Below, piece after piece: positions 1-10,286 of a DNA stretch of 64,000 nucleotides. Source of the DNA: Caldisericia bacterium (GTDB taxonomy: Bacteria > Caldisericota > Caldisericia > JAAYUI01); contig OY771555.1 of assembly GCA_963674785.1 (NCBI GenBank), forward strand, positions 928,001 through 992,000. Direction: 5' to 3'. The position numbers and the translations under genes are program-made. Every line of letters starts with the position of its first letter. The first letter of the stretch is position 1. Below the pieces are notes generated by a model, which ran no database searches, was not told the DNA's origin, and was given only the letters and a program-made list of their open reading frames with translations.

Positions 1-191
1 AGGTTCAGTGTAATATGAACTATTTCTGGGAAAAGGATGAGGTCCTCGAAAAGCTTGACAAGCAGATGACAAGCGCTTTCCATGCTGTTGCTGATCTTTC
101 AAAGAGAAAGAATATTTACATGAGAGATGCAGCATACATGATTGCAATCGACAGGGTTGCAAAAGCATGTAAAGCTAGAGGTTGGGTATAA
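1..191 (+). CDS. gdhA: Glu/Leu/Phe/Val dehydrogenase (glutamate dehydrogenase), 3' end only
   Basis: Frame starting at nt 3 reads VQCNMNYFWEKDEVLEKLDKQMTSAF...MRDAAYMIAIDRVAKACKARGWV*, the typical GDH C-terminus. TAA at 189-191. Confidence 0.85.
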   Translation, partial: VQCNMNYFWEKDEVLEKLDKQMTSAFHAVADLSKRKNIYMRDAAYMIAIDRVAKACKARGWV

Positions 192-228
192 CTAACTTAG
201 CACATTTCTTCTAATTGTTTATTTGTGT

Positions 229-259
229 AAAAGGTCAGAGCTGGAACCTCTGGCCTTTT
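229..259 (+). terminator. Intrinsic terminator after gdh
   Basis: Hairpin AAAAGGTCAGAG-ctggaac-CTCTGGCCTTTT followed by a T-rich tail. Confidence 0.7.
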
Positions 260-286
260 ATTTATTTTTCTGGTAATCTTATTTTT

Positions 287-1363
287 ATGCCAGAAGCTTT
301 CAAAAACTATCTGAATGAAAAAGTAATTGATCTGTTTGCATCGGTTTTTAAGAAAAATTATTCAGAGTTTGATTCCAAAAGTTTTAAAAAAAATGTATTT
401 GACGAAGGCTGGAAAAATCTTGAATTGATGGAAAGAATCCATCATATCACAAAAACTCTCAGAGAGTTTTTGCCCGAAGATTACCTTAAAGCTCTGGAGA
501 TTTTGAGAAATGCTTATGCCAATTTTTCCGGTATGGGCACAACAATATTTCCAGATTTTGTTTCGATGTATGGTCTTGATTATTTTGATGAATCAGTTGC
601 TGCAATTGATTACTTTACAAGGAATTCCACATCTGAGTTTGCAGTAAGACCTTTCATCCAAAAATATGGTATGAGGATGATGAAGGTGATGGAGAAGTGG
701 GCTGAATCAGATAATGAGGATGTCAGGAGACTCGCATCAGAAGGGTGTAGACCGAGGCTTCCATGGGGGATCAGACTGCATGGGTTTGTAAAAGACCCTC
801 TACCAATATTGCCAATTCTTACGAAACTGATGAATGATGAATCTGAATATGTGAGAAATTCAGTCGCGAACAATCTTAATGATATTTCAAAAGATAATCC
901 AAAACTTGTGCTTGAGTTTGCGAAGAAGTGGATTGGTAAGAATAACGAAACAGATTGGATAATCAAACACGCTTGTAGGACTCTTCTTAAAAATGGCGAC
1001 CCTGAGACATTACAATTATTTGGTTATGTAGACCCAGACCACATCAGGCTTGATAATTTTTCTGTTTCAGAGTCTGTAAAAATGGGAGATGATTTGAAAT
1101 TTTCATTTTCACTTTGCTCAGATGATTGCAGTCTTGGAAAAATTCGGGTTGAGTATGGCATTCACTTTCTTAGAAAAAATGGAAAATTGAACAGAAAAGT
1201 TTTCAAAATCTCTGAATTTCAATGTGAAAAATCTAGTGTTTCTTATGATAAAAAATATTCATTCAAAAAAATCACAACCAGGAAGTATTATCCTGGGGAG
1301 CTAATGATTGAGATCATTGTAAATGGAAGATCGTTTGGGGAAAAGAGATTCGAGCTTCAATAA
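287..1363 (+). CDS. alkC: AlkC-family HEAT-repeat DNA alkylation repair glycosylase
   Basis: Motifs TSEFAVRPF, VRRLASEGCRPRLPW and YVRNSVANNLNDISKD, plus an Ig-like C-terminus (YYPG...IIVNG). Start moved to ATG 287, which lies 7 nt after TGg-TAATCT. Confidence 0.8.
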   Translation: MPEAFKNYLNEKVIDLFASVFKKNYSEFDSKSFKKNVFDEGWKNLELMERIHHITKTLREFLPEDYLKALEILRNAYANFSGMGTTIFPDFVSMYGLDYFDESVAAIDYFTRNSTSEFAVRPFIQKYGMRMMKVMEKWAESDNEDVRRLASEGCRPRLPWGIRLHGFVKDPLPILPILTKLMNDESEYVRNSVANNLNDISKDNPKLVLEFAKKWIGKNNETDWIIKHACRTLLKNGDPETLQLFGYVDPDHIRLDNFSVSESVKMGDDLKFSFSLCSDDCSLGKIRVEYGIHFLRKNGKLNRKVFKISEFQCEKSSVSYDKKYSFKKITTRKYYPGELMIEIIVNGRSFGEKRFELQ

Positions 1364-1367
1364 ACTG

Positions 1368-1395
1368 TTGATGTAAAAGAATAAACAGTTAGAAT
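1368..1395 (+). promoter_or_regulatory. sigma70-type promoter, leaderless start of RM gene
   Basis: TTGATG-N16-TAGAAT-N7-ATG(1403); no Shine-Dalgarno. Confidence 0.55.
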
Positions 1396-1402
1396 AGCCT
1401 CC

Positions 1403-4400
1403 ATGGGTGAGAATATCTCTTTTGTAAATGAATATGTTAACCAGGTTTCAAACAAATTTGGGACGGAGTATGCACAGGAACATGCTTACAGGATTCCGCT
1501 TGAAAAGCTTTTGAAATCTCTTGTACAAGATATAAAAGTAATCAATGACCCAAAACAGGTTGCAAAATCAATCAGACCAGATTTTATTATTTTCACCGGG
1601 AAGAACCATGATGTACTGGGTGGATATATTGAAGCAAAAGATCTTGATAAAAATCTAGATGAAATCGAAAAAACAGATCAGTTAGCCAAGAAGTATCTAC
1701 CAGCACTGTCCGATCTGGTTCTTACAAACTATCTAGAATTTAGACGATATGTGAATGGTGAAAAAGTTGAAACCATTGAGATTGGTCGTCTCGATAAGAA
1801 ATCGAAAAAAATTGAGTTTTTTGAAGATAGATTTTCAGCACTTACGAATCTTTTGATCGACTTTATAAACCAACCTGCAGACAAAGTTGTTGAATCCGCG
1901 GATATGTTATCTTCAAGATTGGCATCAAAGTGCTTACTTCTAAAAGAACAGATAGTCATTGCCAAAAATCACGAACGTGAAGTTTTTGAAAATGAAAATC
2001 CCAACATAAATTCGATGAAGACGGCAGCAAAAGTTGGTCCACTTTTTGATTTTTATAAATCATACAGAAAGATGCTATCGGGAGACATCAAGGATGAGGA
2101 GTATGGTGATAACCTTGCACAAACCTTTATATACAGCTTGTTTTCAGCGAGACTTCTTGTACCTGATTCCGAGCTTTCTGACTTTAGCTTCAAAACAGCT
2201 CTAGAGTACCTTCCTACAACAGTTCCTTTCCTCCATAGTTTGTATGCCAAAATGCAGGAATTTCGGAGGATGGGTAACATTGAAAATATTGAGTGGGTTT
2301 TATCTGATCTCACTTCAATTCTGAGACAAGCAGACATGGAGTCGGTGCTTTCTGACTTTGGAAGATTGAATAAAAATGAAGACCCAATTGTTCATTTCTA
2401 CGAGGGATTCCTAAAAGCCTATGATGAGGGGCTGAGAAAGGACAGAGGTGTTTGGTATACACCAAAACCGGTAGTCAAATACATTGTTGATTCAATCGAT
2501 GATATCTTGAAAACAAGATTTGGCAAAAAAATGGGTTTTGCTGACAAAGATGTCATCATCCTTGACCCTGCCTGTGGAACAGGAACTTTCCTCTCACAGG
2601 TTGTAGAGAAATGCAAGGAGAAAATCGATGAGGGTGTCTGGTACAAATTTGTGAATGAGAATCTGGTTGAAAGACTGTTTGGATTTGAAATCATGGTTGC
2701 CCCATATGCAATCTCTCACCTGAAATTGGCTCTTTCACTTTCGCATTATAATGAGGGTGCTTACCAGCTTGACACTTTAAAAAAATATCTTCCAAAGGAA
2801 AGAATAAATATCGTTCTCACAAACACTCTCGAAGAGCCAAGTCACAAGCTAGATCTTACAACCGACAATCCGCTTGAAAAAGAGGCATTGCTTGCAGACT
2901 CTGTCAAACGAGATAAAAAGGTTATGGTTATTCTTGGGAATCCTCCATATTCTGTCAGCACACAGAACAAAAATGAGTGGATAGACAATGTTTTGATGGA
3001 GGAGTACAAAAAAGAAGTCAAGAGTGAAAGAAATATTCAACCACTTTCTGATGACTACATCAAGTTTATCAGGTTTGCTCATTGGAGAATAGAAAACACT
3101 GGTCATGGCGTGGTTGGAATGATTACAAATAATAGTTACTTATCTGGGCTTATTCACCGGGGGATGAGAAAGAGCCTACTCAAGGACTATGATCAGATTC
3201 ATATTCTTGACCTTCATGGAAATTCACTTCTTAAAGAAACTACGCCAGAGGGGAATCCTGATCAAAATGTTTTTGATATCAGACAGGGTGTAAGCATTTC
3301 GATATGTGAGAGATTCAAGAATCATGATGATAACATTGAAGCGGGTGTTTATCATGGCGACCTTTGGGGTAAGAGGAAAGAAAAATATGAATACCTCAGG
3401 ACGATGAATTTGAAGAAATCCACTGAAAAAGGTGAGTTTGAAAGATTGCCTCTTTCCTCTGCAAATAAGTTTTTTGTGAAGAAGGATTTTTCAAAACTTG
3501 AGGAGTATGAGAGGTATGTTTCGATAAGAGATATTGTTCCAGAGAGTGCTGCTGGGATTGCAACCCACAGAGATAATCTTTTAGTGTCATTTGAAAGAGA
3601 TGAGCTTTCAAAAAGAATCAATGAGATAAGAAGAAATGATGATATTCGATACCTAAAATCAAAATTCAAAATCAAAGAAACAAAATACTGGAATCTAACT
3701 GACGCTCAAAAAGCTATGCGTGAAACTGAACCTGATGTTTTGATTACTGGGGTAGCATATAGGCCATTTGACAAGAGATGTGTCTACTATGAGAACAGAG
3801 TTGTTGAGAGAGCAAGATTTTCCCTTATGAAGCATTTGTTTATACCAAATATTTCTTTGAATACGGTTAGACAACTTTCAACGTATACCTTTGCTCATTC
3901 CGTTGTTTCTGATATTATTACAGAGAGATGTTATGTATCACTAGCATCAAGAGAAGTTGGTATCTCGTTTCCCCTCTACCTCTACCTCGACAAACATTCA
4001 AACTCTTCCTGGGAAAAAACAGAGCTAGAGGTTGAGGTTTCATATGGATTACCAAAACCTAAAAAACAAACAGTTTACCGTGTACCAAATCTAAACCCAG
4101 AGATTGTGGAGAGGTTTGAAGGTGCGCTGGGTCTAGAGTTTGTATCAGATGGAAAGGGCAATCTTAAGAAAACATTTGGACCTGAGGATTTGTATGCCTA
4201 TATCTATGCGGTTTTACACTCACCGACATATCGAACAAGATACGAAGAATTCTTGAAAATTGACTTCCCAAAAATCCCTTTGCTAGACAATGTTGACGCG
4301 TTTTCTGAGCTTGTAAAAACTGGTGAAGAGCTTATCGAACTTCATTTGATGAAAGCAGACCTTCCGCTTGAAACACAAAGGAATGTTACTTTCAAAGGGC

Positions 4401-4711
4401 AAGTTGAAGAAAAAGAAAAAGACTGTCTTGTTGAAAAAATTAGTTTCGAAAAGAATCGTGTTTGCATAAATAAAGTTCAGTATTTTGAGCCAGTATCAGA
4501 ACCTACTTGGAGCTTTATGATTGGTGGATATCAGGTTCTTCACAAGTGGTTAAAGGATAGAAAAGGAAGAAAGCACGATGATGGCAGAGACTGGCCGTTA
4601 TCCTTTGAAGAGATTAACCATTACAAGTACATAATCTATGCCCTTGAGCAAACACAATTTCTGATGTCGATGATTGATGGGCTGATTTCAAAACATAAAG
4701 TTTTTAAATAG
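1403..4711 (+). CDS. Single-polypeptide Type IIG-like restriction-modification enzyme (REase + N6-adenine MTase + Type ISP-like specificity domain)
   Basis: N-terminal PD-(D/E)xK (RPDF...GYIEAK), MTase motifs YTP, ILDPACGTGTF and GNPPY, C-terminal YAVLHSPTYR...IGGYQVLHKWLKDRK tail typical of ISP/IIG target recognition domains. Confidence 0.85.
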   Translation: MGENISFVNEYVNQVSNKFGTEYAQEHAYRIPLEKLLKSLVQDIKVINDPKQVAKSIRPDFIIFTGKNHDVLGGYIEAKDLDKNLDEIEKTDQLAKKYLPALSDLVLTNYLEFRRYVNGEKVETIEIGRLDKKSKKIEFFEDRFSALTNLLIDFINQPADKVVESADMLSSRLASKCLLLKEQIVIAKNHEREVFENENPNINSMKTAAKVGPLFDFYKSYRKMLSGDIKDEEYGDNLAQTFIYSLFSARLLVPDSELSDFSFKTALEYLPTTVPFLHSLYAKMQEFRRMGNIENIEWVLSDLTSILRQADMESVLSDFGRLNKNEDPIVHFYEGFLKAYDEGLRKDRGVWYTPKPVVKYIVDSIDDILKTRFGKKMGFADKDVIILDPACGTGTFLSQVVEKCKEKIDEGVWYKFVNENLVERLFGFEIMVAPYAISHLKLALSLSHYNEGAYQLDTLKKYLPKERINIVLTNTLEEPSHKLDLTTDNPLEKEALLADSVKRDKKVMVILGNPPYSVSTQNKNEWIDNVLMEEYKKEVKSERNIQPLSDDYIKFIRFAHWRIENTGHGVVGMITNNSYLSGLIHRGMRKSLLKDYDQIHILDLHGNSLLKETTPEGNPDQNVFDIRQGVSISICERFKNHDDNIEAGVYHGDLWGKRKEKYEYLRTMNLKKSTEKGEFERLPLSSANKFFVKKDFSKLEEYERYVSIRDIVPESAAGIATHRDNLLVSFERDELSKRINEIRRNDDIRYLKSKFKIKETKYWNLTDAQKAMRETEPDVLITGVAYRPFDKRCVYYENRVVERARFSLMKHLFIPNISLNTVRQLSTYTFAHSVVSDIITERCYVSLASREVGISFPLYLYLDKHSNSSWEKTELEVEVSYGLPKPKKQTVYRVPNLNPEIVERFEGALGLEFVSDGKGNLKKTFGPEDLYAYIYAVLHSPTYRTRYEEFLKIDFPKIPLLDNVDAFSELVKTGEELIELHLMKADLPLETQRNVTFKGQVEEKEKDCLVEKISFEKNRVCINKVQYFEPVSEPTWSFMIGGYQVLHKWLKDRKGRKHDDGRDWPLSFEEINHYKYIIYALEQTQFLMSMIDGLISKHKVFK

Positions 4712-4756
4712 GAAACTTCATTTCAAAAACTATCTATTTCCATTAGAATTATCAAT

Positions 4757-7081
4757 ATGGCAAACGGTAACAAAAAAAGGATCAGACCTGAATGGCGAGT
4801 TATAATCGACACTCTTCGAATCACAAACAATGCCCAATACAAGAGAGTTTGTAGAAGGTTGCTTTATGTTTTGTACCGCAAGGGTGCAAAGGGAGCTGAG
4901 AAACTTATTCAGGAGTTTAATCAAACAAAAGTTAGAATTGGTTTTGAAACCGAGGTTGGTGAAAACGTTCCGTTACCGATGACAAAAGCGGCTCATCTTG
5001 ACCAGATTAGAAATGAGACAATTGGTCTTGCGGATAAGTATTTGGATAATGCAGAGATACTGAGTCTTGTCCTTGGTTGGATCAAAGAAGATAATGTGAG
5101 TTTTTTGACAACGACAATCAACGATCCGACAACACCGTTCAATGAGATTGAGTCAACTCTTGATAGGTATTTCGGTTTGCCGAAATATGAACAACACCTG
5201 ACACATGAGCAATATAAAGGACTGAGAGTCTCTCTGATTCAGAGATTTTTGAGCGATTCACTTGATTTTGCTCGTGTCGCTTGTGGGTTTGTAACAGTAA
5301 GGGATTTTCATGAAATCCTCTCCAGGATGATAGGCACAAGAACAGGTGTTGGTAAAACCGGTGGTAAGGGAGCTGGAATTTTCATTGCTCACAGGGTCAT
5401 CGAAAAGGCAAAAAAAACAAATCCACTGCTTGAAAATATTAGAGTTCCAAATACATGGTATCTTCTCTCAGATGTCATCACAGATTTCATTCACTACAAC
5501 TCTTTGGAAGAGGTGATGAACTTTAAATATAAAGAGATCAATGAGATCAGACAGGAGTTTCATTATTTTGAACAGCTTTTCAAAAACTCCCAGTTTAACA
5601 GAAGCATTGTTAAAGGACTCTCTTTTGCCTTAAAGGATATTGGCAATAGACCAATTATTATCCGGAGTTCCTCTCTTCTAGAGGATAGTTTTGAAGCGTC
5701 ATTTGCCGGAAAATACAAAAGCCTCTTCCTCGCAAATACTGGCACAGTAAAGGATAGACTCATCAGATTGACCGACGCTATCGCTGAGGTTTTCGCATCA
5801 GTCCTGAATCCGGATGCGATTGAATACCGAAAAGAGCGTGGTCTCATTTACTTCCAAGAGGAAATGGGTTGTCTTCTTCAAAGTGTTATTGGAAAAAAGA
5901 TTGGAAAATATTTCTTCCCGGCGTTTGCGGGTGTGGCTTTCAGCAACAATGAAATTAGGTGGTCATCAAGGATCAAGCGCGAAGACGGTGTTGTGAGACT
6001 TGTTGCGGGACTTGGCACAAGAGCGGTCGACAGGGTTGCGGGGGACTATCCAACTCTTGCCTCTCCTGGTCAACCTAAAATAAGGGTTAATACAATTCCA
6101 TCTGAGATTGAAAAGTACTCACAGAAATATATTGACGTAATAAATATTGAAACTGGGGAGTTTGAAACCCTTGAGATAAAGCAGCTTTTAAAAGAGGTTG
6201 GAGATAAATATCCACAAATATACAATATCTTCTCATCATACAGCGATGGATTTTTAAAGCAGATAAATCCTTTGACTGATATAGAAAATGAAGACTTGGT
6301 TGTAACTTTTGATGGATTATTCAACAACACTCCTTTTTTAAAACAGATAAAACTGGTACTTGATATCCTCGAAGAGAGTCTACAAACACCGGTTGATGTT
6401 GAGTTTGCATCTGATGGAACAAATCTTTATATACTTCAGTGTCGTCCGCAGTATGTCAAACAGAGTCTTGGGAAAATTGAGATACCAAAGAACATTCCTC
6501 GTGAAGACATCATTTTTGATGCAGTCAAAAGCATTAGCGAGGGGATATGCAATAACATAGAGTATGTTGTTTATATTGACCCCATGGATTACGAGGCGAT
6601 CGAAAGTAGAGAAAAAATGCTAAAGGTTGGTCAGATTGTAAGTGATTTGAATTCAAGCCTTCCTGAAAATAGGTTTATTCTCATGGGACCGGGAAGATGG
6701 GGTAGCAGAGGGGACATCAAACTTGGTGTGAGTATCACCTATTCTGGAATCTCAAAAACCGCAGCATTGATCGAGATAGCAAGAAAAAAACAATCGTATG
6801 TTCCCGAGGTATCATTTGGCACTCATTTCTTCCAGGATCTTGTCGAGTCTGATATATCATATTTGCCACTTTACCCGGATGATGTTGGCAGAGTCTTCAA
6901 TCAAGATTTCCTCCGAAATTCAGAAAATCAGCTTCTCAAATATGTGCCATTAGCGAAAGATTTTGTCGATATTGTAAGGGTTATCGATGTAAAAAAAGTA
7001 ACCGGTGGTAGAAAAATGAAGTTGATAATGGATGCTGATGAGAACTACGCTGTTGCTTTTTTGACGGATGATGAGCAATAG
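4757..7081 (+). CDS. PEP/pyruvate-binding (PPDK_N, ATP-grasp) domain protein, PEP synthase-like
   Basis: Motifs GGKGAG, IIRSSSLLEDS...FAGKY, GLGTRAV, PVDVEFA...LYILQCRP, GPGRWGS and SFGTHFFQDLVE. Confidence 0.8.
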   Translation: MANGNKKRIRPEWRVIIDTLRITNNAQYKRVCRRLLYVLYRKGAKGAEKLIQEFNQTKVRIGFETEVGENVPLPMTKAAHLDQIRNETIGLADKYLDNAEILSLVLGWIKEDNVSFLTTTINDPTTPFNEIESTLDRYFGLPKYEQHLTHEQYKGLRVSLIQRFLSDSLDFARVACGFVTVRDFHEILSRMIGTRTGVGKTGGKGAGIFIAHRVIEKAKKTNPLLENIRVPNTWYLLSDVITDFIHYNSLEEVMNFKYKEINEIRQEFHYFEQLFKNSQFNRSIVKGLSFALKDIGNRPIIIRSSSLLEDSFEASFAGKYKSLFLANTGTVKDRLIRLTDAIAEVFASVLNPDAIEYRKERGLIYFQEEMGCLLQSVIGKKIGKYFFPAFAGVAFSNNEIRWSSRIKREDGVVRLVAGLGTRAVDRVAGDYPTLASPGQPKIRVNTIPSEIEKYSQKYIDVINIETGEFETLEIKQLLKEVGDKYPQIYNIFSSYSDGFLKQINPLTDIENEDLVVTFDGLFNNTPFLKQIKLVLDILEESLQTPVDVEFASDGTNLYILQCRPQYVKQSLGKIEIPKNIPREDIIFDAVKSISEGICNNIEYVVYIDPMDYEAIESREKMLKVGQIVSDLNSSLPENRFILMGPGRWGSRGDIKLGVSITYSGISKTAALIEIARKKQSYVPEVSFGTHFFQDLVESDISYLPLYPDDVGRVFNQDFLRNSENQLLKYVPLAKDFVDIVRVIDVKKVTGGRKMKLIMDADENYAVAFLTDDEQ

Positions 7082-7952
7082 AAAAAATCCAGTTACTGAT
7101 TACCTGATATTGGTTGCCGGTGTTCTTGGTATTTGTTTTGCCCCATCCCTGATTAAGATTGCACGGTCTCACGGGGTATCAGTTTTTGCAACGGCCTTCT
7201 GGCGAATTGCAGTTGGTGCTGTTTTTGTGACATTTATCGGCAAACCATGGCAAATCAAAGCAAGCAGAAAAGCGGTTCTTTTTGCAGTTGCCAGTGGAAT
7301 TTTTATGGCACTTCATTTTGTGGTTTGGGTGTGGTCTTTTGATTATGTTAGTGTTGCTGTTTCGGTTGTGCTTGTTACAACGGTTCCAATCTTTGCCGTA
7401 GCATTTGAATATCTTTTTCTGAAAAACAAACCAACTTCTAAAACTGTCTTTGGAGTTGCTTTGGCTATGGTTGGAGCAATCATTGTTTCTGCAACAGGGC
7501 TTTCATCTGGTTTTGGGCAAATCTTAGGGTCACTTCTTGCTCTTGCTGGTGCTCTTAATGCTGCCTGTTTCTTTTTTCTATCGAAACTCGCTCAGCAGGA
7601 GATGACATCATGGCAGACCATATCAGTTATGTTTGTAGCTGCTGCACTTGTTATGTTGATTTTTCTTCCATTTATCGGGGTCAGTTTGGTTGGATTTGAT
7701 AAAACTGGATGGTTTGCGGTGATAATGATGGGTCTTCTTTCTCAGCTTATCGGACAGTCGGCGCTAAATATTTCAGTTACTAGGCTTTCAACAACAATCA
7801 CAACAACTGCAGTCTTGTTTGAGCCTGTTGGTTCGTCGATTCTGGCTTGGTTCATGTTTGGTGAAATTATAACTCCACTGGTTTTTGTGGGTGGTGTTGT
7901 GATTATTTTTGGTGTGTGGTTGACAAATAAAAAAGATAAATTGTCAAAATGA
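7068..7952 (+). CDS. DMT/EamA family transporter
   Basis: About 10 hydrophobic helices, AFWR and LFEPVG motifs, two EamA repeats. Confidence 0.85.
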   Translation: MMSNRKNPVTDYLILVAGVLGICFAPSLIKIARSHGVSVFATAFWRIAVGAVFVTFIGKPWQIKASRKAVLFAVASGIFMALHFVVWVWSFDYVSVAVSVVLVTTVPIFAVAFEYLFLKNKPTSKTVFGVALAMVGAIIVSATGLSSGFGQILGSLLALAGALNAACFFFLSKLAQQEMTSWQTISVMFVAAALVMLIFLPFIGVSLVGFDKTGWFAVIMMGLLSQLIGQSALNISVTRLSTTITTTAVLFEPVGSSILAWFMFGEIITPLVFVGGVVIIFGVWLTNKKDKLSK

Positions 7953-7976
7953 CAAAAAGTTAAATCCTTAACCATA

Positions 7977-7998
7977 GTGTGACAAAGGGGTGTCACAC
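7977..7998. repeat. Perfect 8-bp inverted repeat (operator or terminator-like)
   Basis: GTGTGACA-aagggg-TGTCACAC in the intergenic region, just upstream of the -10-like TACCAT at 8008. Confidence 0.5.
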
Positions 7999-8019
7999 AT
8001 GATTTTATACCATTGTGCC

Positions 8020-8904
8020 ATGAAAAAACTAAGCGATATTACTTCATGGGCAACTGAGCTTGATAAACGTTTACCAGAATCTGCGTTAAGACTTTTTTCA
8101 GATGGATTACTTATTGACCCTCTTGATAAAGTGAAGCTTTCGGCATCTGAATGGATTATCAACCATATATCTCCTGCTCCATACAACTATTCGACTAGAC
8201 AGAACAATATTATTGACACTGATAAGTCAAGATGGGGTAAGGTTTTCTGCAGGAAATACATGAATTGGGATGTAAGGGCAAGAATAAGCCAGACAAAAGG
8301 CATTGAGCTTACAAGAGCACAGTTTCGCAACAGACTGGTCATTAGAAATCATCAGATGGTTCCATACACATATCTTCTTCGGAGAGCCAGGTGCAGATTT
8401 GGTCCATTTGCATGTACCTTTGGTGATGGTTTTGTTGTTGGAGCACTCTACTGTCTTGCTGGCGGAGAGAGCGTTTTGCAACTCTTTTGGTTTAAAGAAG
8501 ATGGTAGGGCAACATCTCAACTCCTTCAAACAAGAGAAATATTTGGAAGCTTTGCTTTCACATTCAAAATCCTCGCTGAGAAGCTAATATACAAAGACAA
8601 AAATAATATCTTAAAAGAAGCACTCAATTTTCCAAAATGCGTTGATTCGATAGATATCGGCTCAAAAGATAAAATCATCTGTGTCAACTCATCTGAGAGA
8701 AACAACTGTTGGTTCAGCTTCAATGATCCTCAGAAGTACAGATGTACATTCGTAGAATCAATCTGCAGAAAAACAAAATTGTTTGAATTCGGGATTTGTT
8801 TTGAAGTGCAGGGTGATTATTATGCCAAGGTCATTGACGGACCAACACTCGAGGTTTCTCAGTTAAGATCATTCAATGGTGATGGACTCAAAAGGAAAAC
8901 ATAA
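8020..8904 (+). CDS. Hypothetical protein
   Basis: Long ORF with no recognised motif. ATG 8020 lies 6 nt after TACCAT. Confidence 0.6.
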   Translation: MKKLSDITSWATELDKRLPESALRLFSDGLLIDPLDKVKLSASEWIINHISPAPYNYSTRQNNIIDTDKSRWGKVFCRKYMNWDVRARISQTKGIELTRAQFRNRLVIRNHQMVPYTYLLRRARCRFGPFACTFGDGFVVGALYCLAGGESVLQLFWFKEDGRATSQLLQTREIFGSFAFTFKILAEKLIYKDKNNILKEALNFPKCVDSIDIGSKDKIICVNSSERNNCWFSFNDPQKYRCTFVESICRKTKLFEFGICFEVQGDYYAKVIDGPTLEVSQLRSFNGDGLKRKT

Positions 8905-10286
8905 CCTGACAAATAATCAGTATAGGTCTTTGAATCCTCTGGCATGTTCTCAATCAATAACTTTTCATTGTCGATTGTGTATGAGGTAAACTCACCGGTA
9001 TCCAGATCGAGAAGCTGATTCGAGAAAATCCTGTATTTTTTGATTTTTCCAGTTGCAAAGAAAATATATGGGACAACCTCATGATTTTTTCCAGTTTCAA
9101 TCAGAAGTTCCCCACTTATTTTTTTAAATGCCGGGAGCCCTTTTGGGTCAACCTCAATTTTGGCAAGAAAGCCATCATTTTCTTCACTAATTGATTTTAT
9201 ACTTATGCCTTTACCTTTAATGGCTACCCTCGGAAAGTTGTCAGTTTTAATGAATACAGAGTGAATTGATGATTCTGATATGTTGCCAAGATTCAGGATT
9301 CTTGGCCATACTTCAACTTCAGGTTTTCTTGAAGTGAGCGTCAGGGAGAGACATTCTTCGTTTGTAAGAACAAAAAGCTGTTCACCTGCAACAGCCATAT
9401 CAAGTGGTAGCTTTTTTGTTATCTCAAACTGGAATTTCTCCTGCCCCCAAAGGGTGTGACCTGAAAGAAGTCCATTATCCCAAATAATAAGAATTGTTTC
9501 GTTTTCCCAAAGTGTGAAATCAATTGGGTAGGATTGTTTGTTTTTGACAATTTTTCCAGTTAGCTCCAAATCCTTTGAAAAAGTGTAAACCCAATTCTTA
9601 GGGGAATGATTAGAAGTGCTTTGCATCAATGCAAAAACTGAGTCTTCAGTTTGAATTATCTTTGTTGGAACAAGGAATGGGTCGAAATTATCTCTTGATG
9701 ATAACCCGTCTGTCTCTGTGTTTTTGATTCTTCCGTCATCGGTGATTTGATAGATTTCTGTGTTCTTCTTGATTTTGGTTTTCTCGACCATTGTTTCGAT
9801 ACGTTTTTCAAAATCAGAGAACTTAAAGCAGATGTTTCCATCAATTTCAATTATTTCTCCCGAGGATGTCCTTTCTAACTGCTTTACAGGAGTAAATTCA
9901 ATCTTTGTGTTTTTTACCTCGTAACCCCAAGAGTTTTTGAAAGTGGCAACTTTCTCTCCAGAAAATTTCAAAAAGAGTGTACCGTCTAATTCTCCAGCAA
10001 AAAGTATTTCAGGTTTTGGCCATGAAAGCCCTTCTGGAAGTCTGTCTGAGAAATTACCATTTGGATACCCTATGTTTTCCCAGCCTTCGTCTTTTCTCTG
10101 AAAAATTGAATTCTGCGAGATTTTATAGTTTTCTGATTCAAAGATAATATCAGAGATTGGATTATCAATTTGCCATGTTTTCTCAACCTTCACTCTTACT
10201 GGCATGTTACTATCTGGAATTACAAAAGCATATATTGCAGCAAACACTACAAGACCACACAAAACCCATAATAAACTTTTTTTCAT
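8859..10286 (-). CDS. Membrane-anchored/secreted protein, beta-propeller plus Ig-like region; last gene of ECF operon
   Basis: N-terminal MKKSLLWVLCGLVVFAAIYAFV anchor; ATGA overlap with the upstream gene. Confidence 0.7.
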   Translation of the reverse strand: MKKSLLWVLCGLVVFAAIYAFVIPDSNMPVRVKVEKTWQIDNPISDIIFESENYKISQNSIFQRKDEGWENIGYPNGNFSDRLPEGLSWPKPEILFAGELDGTLFLKFSGEKVATFKNSWGYEVKNTKIEFTPVKQLERTSSGEIIEIDGNICFKFSDFEKRIETMVEKTKIKKNTEIYQITDDGRIKNTETDGLSSRDNFDPFLVPTKIIQTEDSVFALMQSTSNHSPKNWVYTFSKDLELTGKIVKNKQSYPIDFTLWENETILIIWDNGLLSGHTLWGQEKFQFEITKKLPLDMAVAGEQLFVLTNEECLSLTLTSRKPEVEVWPRILNLGNISESSIHSVFIKTDNFPRVAIKGKGISIKSISEENDGFLAKIEVDPKGLPAFKKISGELLIETGKNHEVVPYIFFATGKIKKYRIFSNQLLDLDTGEFTSYTIDNEKLLIENMPEDSKTYTDYLSGYVFLLSPSPLNDLN

